Below, piece by piece: positions 37,295 to 40,000 of a DNA stretch of 40,000 bases. The notes below the pieces were generated by a model, which ran no database searches, was not told the origin of the DNA, and worked only from the letters and a program-made list of their open reading frames with translations. This stretch comes from an uncultured phage cr271_1. Positions within the stretch are counted from its first letter, which is position 1. Each line of letters begins with the position of its first letter. The translations under genes and the position numbers were made by a program. The stretch is taken from the sequence record MT774394.1; one strand, given 5' to 3'.

Positions 37295-37672
37295 TTAAAA
37301 TACAAATAGCTTACATATCAAAGCAATAGCAAAAGCAGCACAAGAAATGCTAAGAACCTTAACATAATGCTTATACATATATATAGCTTCTTTTACTTCT
37401 GCAATTTCAGTAGCAGAAATATCAAATTGAGATTTCATATCCTCAATAAGATTTTCTTTCTCAATAAGCATACTAGCTTGCTTATCAATAATAAATTTAT
37501 CTGCTTTTGACTTTTCGATCATACCTTCTATATCAGCATCATAACCTTTAATTCTTTTGTTAAGATTACTAATTTCAGTACGACATTCGCGTTCTACTTC
37601 ATCTTTTCTCAAAATAATTTCTATAAGCTGAGCTTTAGTCTTTTTCATAAGACCAGTACTAATTTCTGCCAT
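37295..37672 (-). CDS. Coiled-coil protein with C-terminal transmembrane helix (125 aa)
   Basis: Heptad-rich body and VLSISCAAFAIALICKLFVF tail. Confidence 0.65.
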   Translation of the reverse strand: MAEISTGLMKKTKAQLIEIILRKDEVERECRTEISNLNKRIKGYDADIEGMIEKSKADKFIIDKQASMLIEKENLIEDMKSQFDISATEIAEVKEAIYMYKHYVKVLSISCAAFAIALICKLFVF

Positions 37673-37698
37673 AATTTTAGATATTTAAATGATTAAAC

Positions 37699-37989
37699 TT
37701 ATATGCCAAGTTTTTCAGCATAATAATTAAAATGTTTTTCTTCATAAGGAATATCTTCCTTACATCTGGTAGCATTTTCATACCAATCTTCATAACTTTC
37801 TTTACAAAAGACACGATTAAGAGCTGCTACATAATAAACATTTCCTCGAATTACTTCATTTGTATTATCATCTATAATTACAGGAATGCCATTAGGAATA
37901 ATATATCCAAAGTTGCAAGTAAAAACTGCTTCTCTTATAGACATTTCAATTACAAGAAAACCTTTATCATTATCATATTTTTTAGCCAT
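37699..37989 (-). CDS. Hypothetical protein (96 aa)
   Basis: ORF. Confidence 0.6.
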   Translation of the reverse strand: MAKKYDNDKGFLVIEMSIREAVFTCNFGYIIPNGIPVIIDDNTNEVIRGNVYYVAALNRVFCKESYEDWYENATRCKEDIPYEEKHFNYYAEKLGI

Positions 37990-37995
37990 AATTGC

Positions 37996-38142
37996 TTATT
38001 CAAATTCGATTTCATCACCATAATCTTCACGGTCATCATCTTCCATGATTTCACCATAAAGGTCATAGTTATCAAAATCATCTGTTATACAATCTGAATC
38101 AACATTTACACTAAAAGCTTCAAAATTAAAATCTTCTTCCAT
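37996..38142 (-). CDS. Very acidic microprotein (48 aa)
   Basis: MEEDFNFEAFSVNVDSDCITDDFDNYDLYGEIMEDDDREDYGDEIEFE; no Lys, one Arg. Confidence 0.55.
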   Translation of the reverse strand: MEEDFNFEAFSVNVDSDCITDDFDNYDLYGEIMEDDDREDYGDEIEFE

Positions 38143-38181
38143 AAGAATAATAAATTAAAGTTAATAGTGCAAATATAACAC

Positions 38182-38207
38182 ATTTCTTTTAAAGGGGAGC
38201 AAGAATA
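38182..38207 (+). repeat. Degenerate intergenic copy of the dispersed repeat
   Basis: ATTTCTTTTAAAGGGGAGCAAGAATA versus ATTTCTTCTACGGGGGAGCAAGAATA at 16115-16140. Confidence 0.6.
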
Positions 38208-38281
38208 CAACTAATTTATATATATTTAACTTAGTGTACTCTTACTCCACTTAGCAGAAAAGTTCTTAGAAGTATTCTATG

Positions 38282-38557
38282 TTATTTTTGTTCATATTTT
38301 CTACCCATTTTAATTTGAACTTCTTTAGGAAGATAATATTTATAAGGCTTATTAGTCTTCTTACTTATCTTCCAAATATAATAAGCACCTCTACGAGAAA
38401 CATAAACATTATATGTTTTTTCAGGACGCTTATATGTATAAGTTGTAGTAGTATCAGTAAACTGAGTACCACTCTTACGTGTAGGAGCAATAAATTCTTG
38501 TGCATAAGCACATATTGTCATAATAGACAACATAAGAAGCATTATCATCTTCTTCAT
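38282..38557 (-). CDS. Small exported protein with signal peptide (about 91 aa)
   Basis: Start proposed at the internal Met: MKKMIMLLMLSIMTICAYAQ|EFIAPTRK..., a clear signal peptide; the longer start in the ORF track overlaps the upstream ORF. Confidence 0.65.
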   Translation of the reverse strand: MKKMIMLLMLSIMTICAYAQEFIAPTRKSGTQFTDTTTTYTYKRPEKTYNVYVSRRGAYYIWKISKKTNKPYKYYLPKEVQIKMGRKYEQK

Positions 38558-38570
38558 AACAAATAATTTG

Positions 38571-38726
38571 TTAAATAGCAAGTCTAACAGGATATCCTTT
38601 ATACCCATTTTTAATAAAGTTAATAACTGCAAGCCCATAAGCTCGTCTAGGACTTGAACTCATAATAGTTAAACAACTTAAACCATCACGTTCTTCGGAT
38701 GATTTAAAGAAATAAATATGTGACAT
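38571..38726 (-). CDS. Small hypothetical protein (51 aa)
   Basis: MSHIYFFKSSEERDGLSCLTIMSSSPRRAYGLAVINFIKNGYKGYPVRLAI. Confidence 0.5.
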   Translation of the reverse strand: MSHIYFFKSSEERDGLSCLTIMSSSPRRAYGLAVINFIKNGYKGYPVRLAI

Positions 38727-38813
38727 ATTGTATAAGTTATGTTAAGGTAATAATAGAGAGTGCTAACAGAATATTTCCATTAGCACTCTTATTATGATTA
38801 GTTGAGGCTCTTA

Positions 38814-39305
38814 TTAAAAGCCAAGAAGAGCATTAGCCAGACTATCCAACTTACGAATAGCAAAATCAGAGAGTGTAAGTTCTACTACATGATTAATGAT
38901 AGTATCATGGTCAAACACAGTAGCTTCTGCGTTATCAGACCAAGGATTCTTATACTCCTGACCAGCAGTTACAGGCTCCTGAATGATATCAATCTTAGCA
39001 CGACTAAGAATTACACTCATAGCCTCAGGATGCTGAGTAAGATGATTAGCAGCAAAAGCAGCATCATCATTATCCTTAAGAAGTGAAGTGATAGAGAACA
39101 ATGAAACGAATATAACTTTAGTTTCACCCTTCTCATAAGTAACACCATTATCGTTAGTTACCATACCTTCAACAGGAGTGTTAAGAGTAAGACCAAGACG
39201 AACATAGTTCTCCTGAGGAGCAACAGTTACATTCTTCACCTGCAAGTCCTTTACCATCTTGCTACCATTCTTCAACAGCTGAGCAATTACTTCTTTCTTT
39301 TCCAT
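38814..39305 (-). CDS. Hypothetical protein (163 aa), likely highly expressed
   Basis: ORF with GC-richer, biased codon usage like 26325-28171. Confidence 0.7.
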   Translation of the reverse strand: MEKKEVIAQLLKNGSKMVKDLQVKNVTVAPQENYVRLGLTLNTPVEGMVTNDNGVTYEKGETKVIFVSLFSITSLLKDNDDAAFAANHLTQHPEAMSVILSRAKIDIIQEPVTAGQEYKNPWSDNAEATVFDHDTIINHVVELTLSDFAIRKLDSLANALLGF

Positions 39306-39377
39306 AATTAATATAATTTAAAAGATTAATAATTTGTTGTGGTTCATCACCACCTTTTAGTTAATAATTTAATAAAT

Positions 39378-39415
39378 ACTTCTCTTGCAAATCATATTAG
39401 ACTTACAAGAGAAGT
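39378..39415. repeat. 13-bp inverted repeat (one mismatch), possible terminator hairpin
   Basis: ACTTCTCTTGCAA (39378-39390) / TTACAAGAGAAGT (39403-39415). Confidence 0.5.
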
Positions 39416-39432
39416 TAGTATTGTTAATAAGA

Positions 39433-39588
39433 TTAATTCTGAGGTTCGTCCTTATAAGCGAGATAACCAGCCAAGGTATTATCCTCGTAGTAAACACACT
39501 TATAATAGTTATACTCAGGGTGACGCTGTGAGAATATTGTCATCTCACTTTCCATAATGAATAATGGAGTTTCTGTAAGTTGTGCCAT
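39433..39588 (-). CDS. Small hypothetical protein (51 aa)
   Basis: MAQLTETPLFIMESEMTIFSQRHPEYNYYKCVYYEDNTLAGYLAYKDEPQN. Confidence 0.5.
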   Translation of the reverse strand: MAQLTETPLFIMESEMTIFSQRHPEYNYYKCVYYEDNTLAGYLAYKDEPQN

Positions 39589-39596
39589 AATTGTTA

Positions 39597-39851
39597 TTAT
39601 TGAAGTTTAACATCGTTAATCTTATTAGTATGATTTTCTTCTTGCCATTCATTATAGCAATCACGAACTATAGGTGCTAATAAACGTCCTGCTAACCAAA
39701 AGGCTACATCAAAACCAGTTAATGCACCTAAATCGATAGATGTAAAAGTATTCATAGAAAATCCTACAAATACAATTACAAATGACACTACTGCAAGTAG
39801 TGCAATAACAGCTAAAGTTATAGCTGCTACATAGAATTGAATCTTTTTCAT
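39597..39851 (-). CDS. Small membrane protein (84 aa)
   Basis: Hydrophobic segment VAAITLAVIALLAVVSFVIVFVGF plus a possible second helix. Confidence 0.6.
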   Translation of the reverse strand: MKKIQFYVAAITLAVIALLAVVSFVIVFVGFSMNTFTSIDLGALTGFDVAFWLAGRLLAPIVRDCYNEWQEENHTNKINDVKLQ

Positions 39852-39868
39852 TTCTTTTAATTTATAAA

Positions 39869-40000
39869 TTAAAGTTGAGTATTGTATAAACTATCAAGAT
39901 ATTGTTCTTCGTAATCAATATTAATCTTAAGCTCTCCATCGAATTGTGGAATATCACAATTGTGTTCTTCCCATAAATGATTAGCCAGAGTATCTATCAT
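39869..40000 (-). CDS. Small hypothetical protein, may extend beyond the window
   Basis: MIDTLANHLWEEHNCDIPQFDGELKINIDYEEQYLDSLYNTQL; ATG at the window edge. Confidence 0.4.
   Translation of the reverse strand: MIDTLANHLWEEHNCDIPQFDGELKINIDYEEQYLDSLYNTQL

Noticed and set aside
1-40000. CRISPR array or restriction/toxin-antitoxin defence cassette
   Set aside because: No regularly spaced direct repeats and no ORFs with recognisable methyltransferase, Cas or toxin motifs were seen; the dispersed repeat copies are kilobases apart.

Overview
The window is part of an AT-rich, crAss-like (Bacteroidales) tailed-phage genome. The left third is one giant + strand ORF that is open at the window edge (>4,500 aa) and carries the DFDID metal-binding motif of crAss-like virion RNA polymerases. 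It ends at a strong hairpin and is followed by a non-coding-rich strand-switch region with a 13-bp inverted repeat, tRNA-Gln, a candidate structured RNA and facing terminators. Everything to the right is coded on the minus strand: nucleotide metabolism (dUTPase, dCMP deaminase, ThyX), Gp157, HNH homing endonuclease, ATP-dependent DNA ligase, TOPRIM/DnaG-like primase, SSB-like protein, RecT-like annealing protein, SNF2-like helicase, family B DNA polymerase, UDG-like protein, SF1 (Dda/RecD-like) helicase, tRNA-Lys, tRNA-Leu and many small proteins. Main observations beyond annotation: (1) a dispersed GC-rich repeat, consensus ATTTCTTCTACGGGGGAGCT, with 8 exact copies of its 10-nt core, on both strands, intergenic and in-frame in different reading frames of unrelated genes; (2) a ~105-nt non-coding element present three times just 3' of minus-strand ORFs with nearly fixed spacing; (3) a 370-nt ORF-less group I intron, with recognisable P, Q, R, S and P1 elements, splitting PolB exactly at motif A; (4) a helicase gene split by a 1-nt frameshift; (5) a structured RNA candidate and a 16-aa Gly/Lys-rich micro-ORF in the strand-switch region. 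All calls were made by eye, with no database search.
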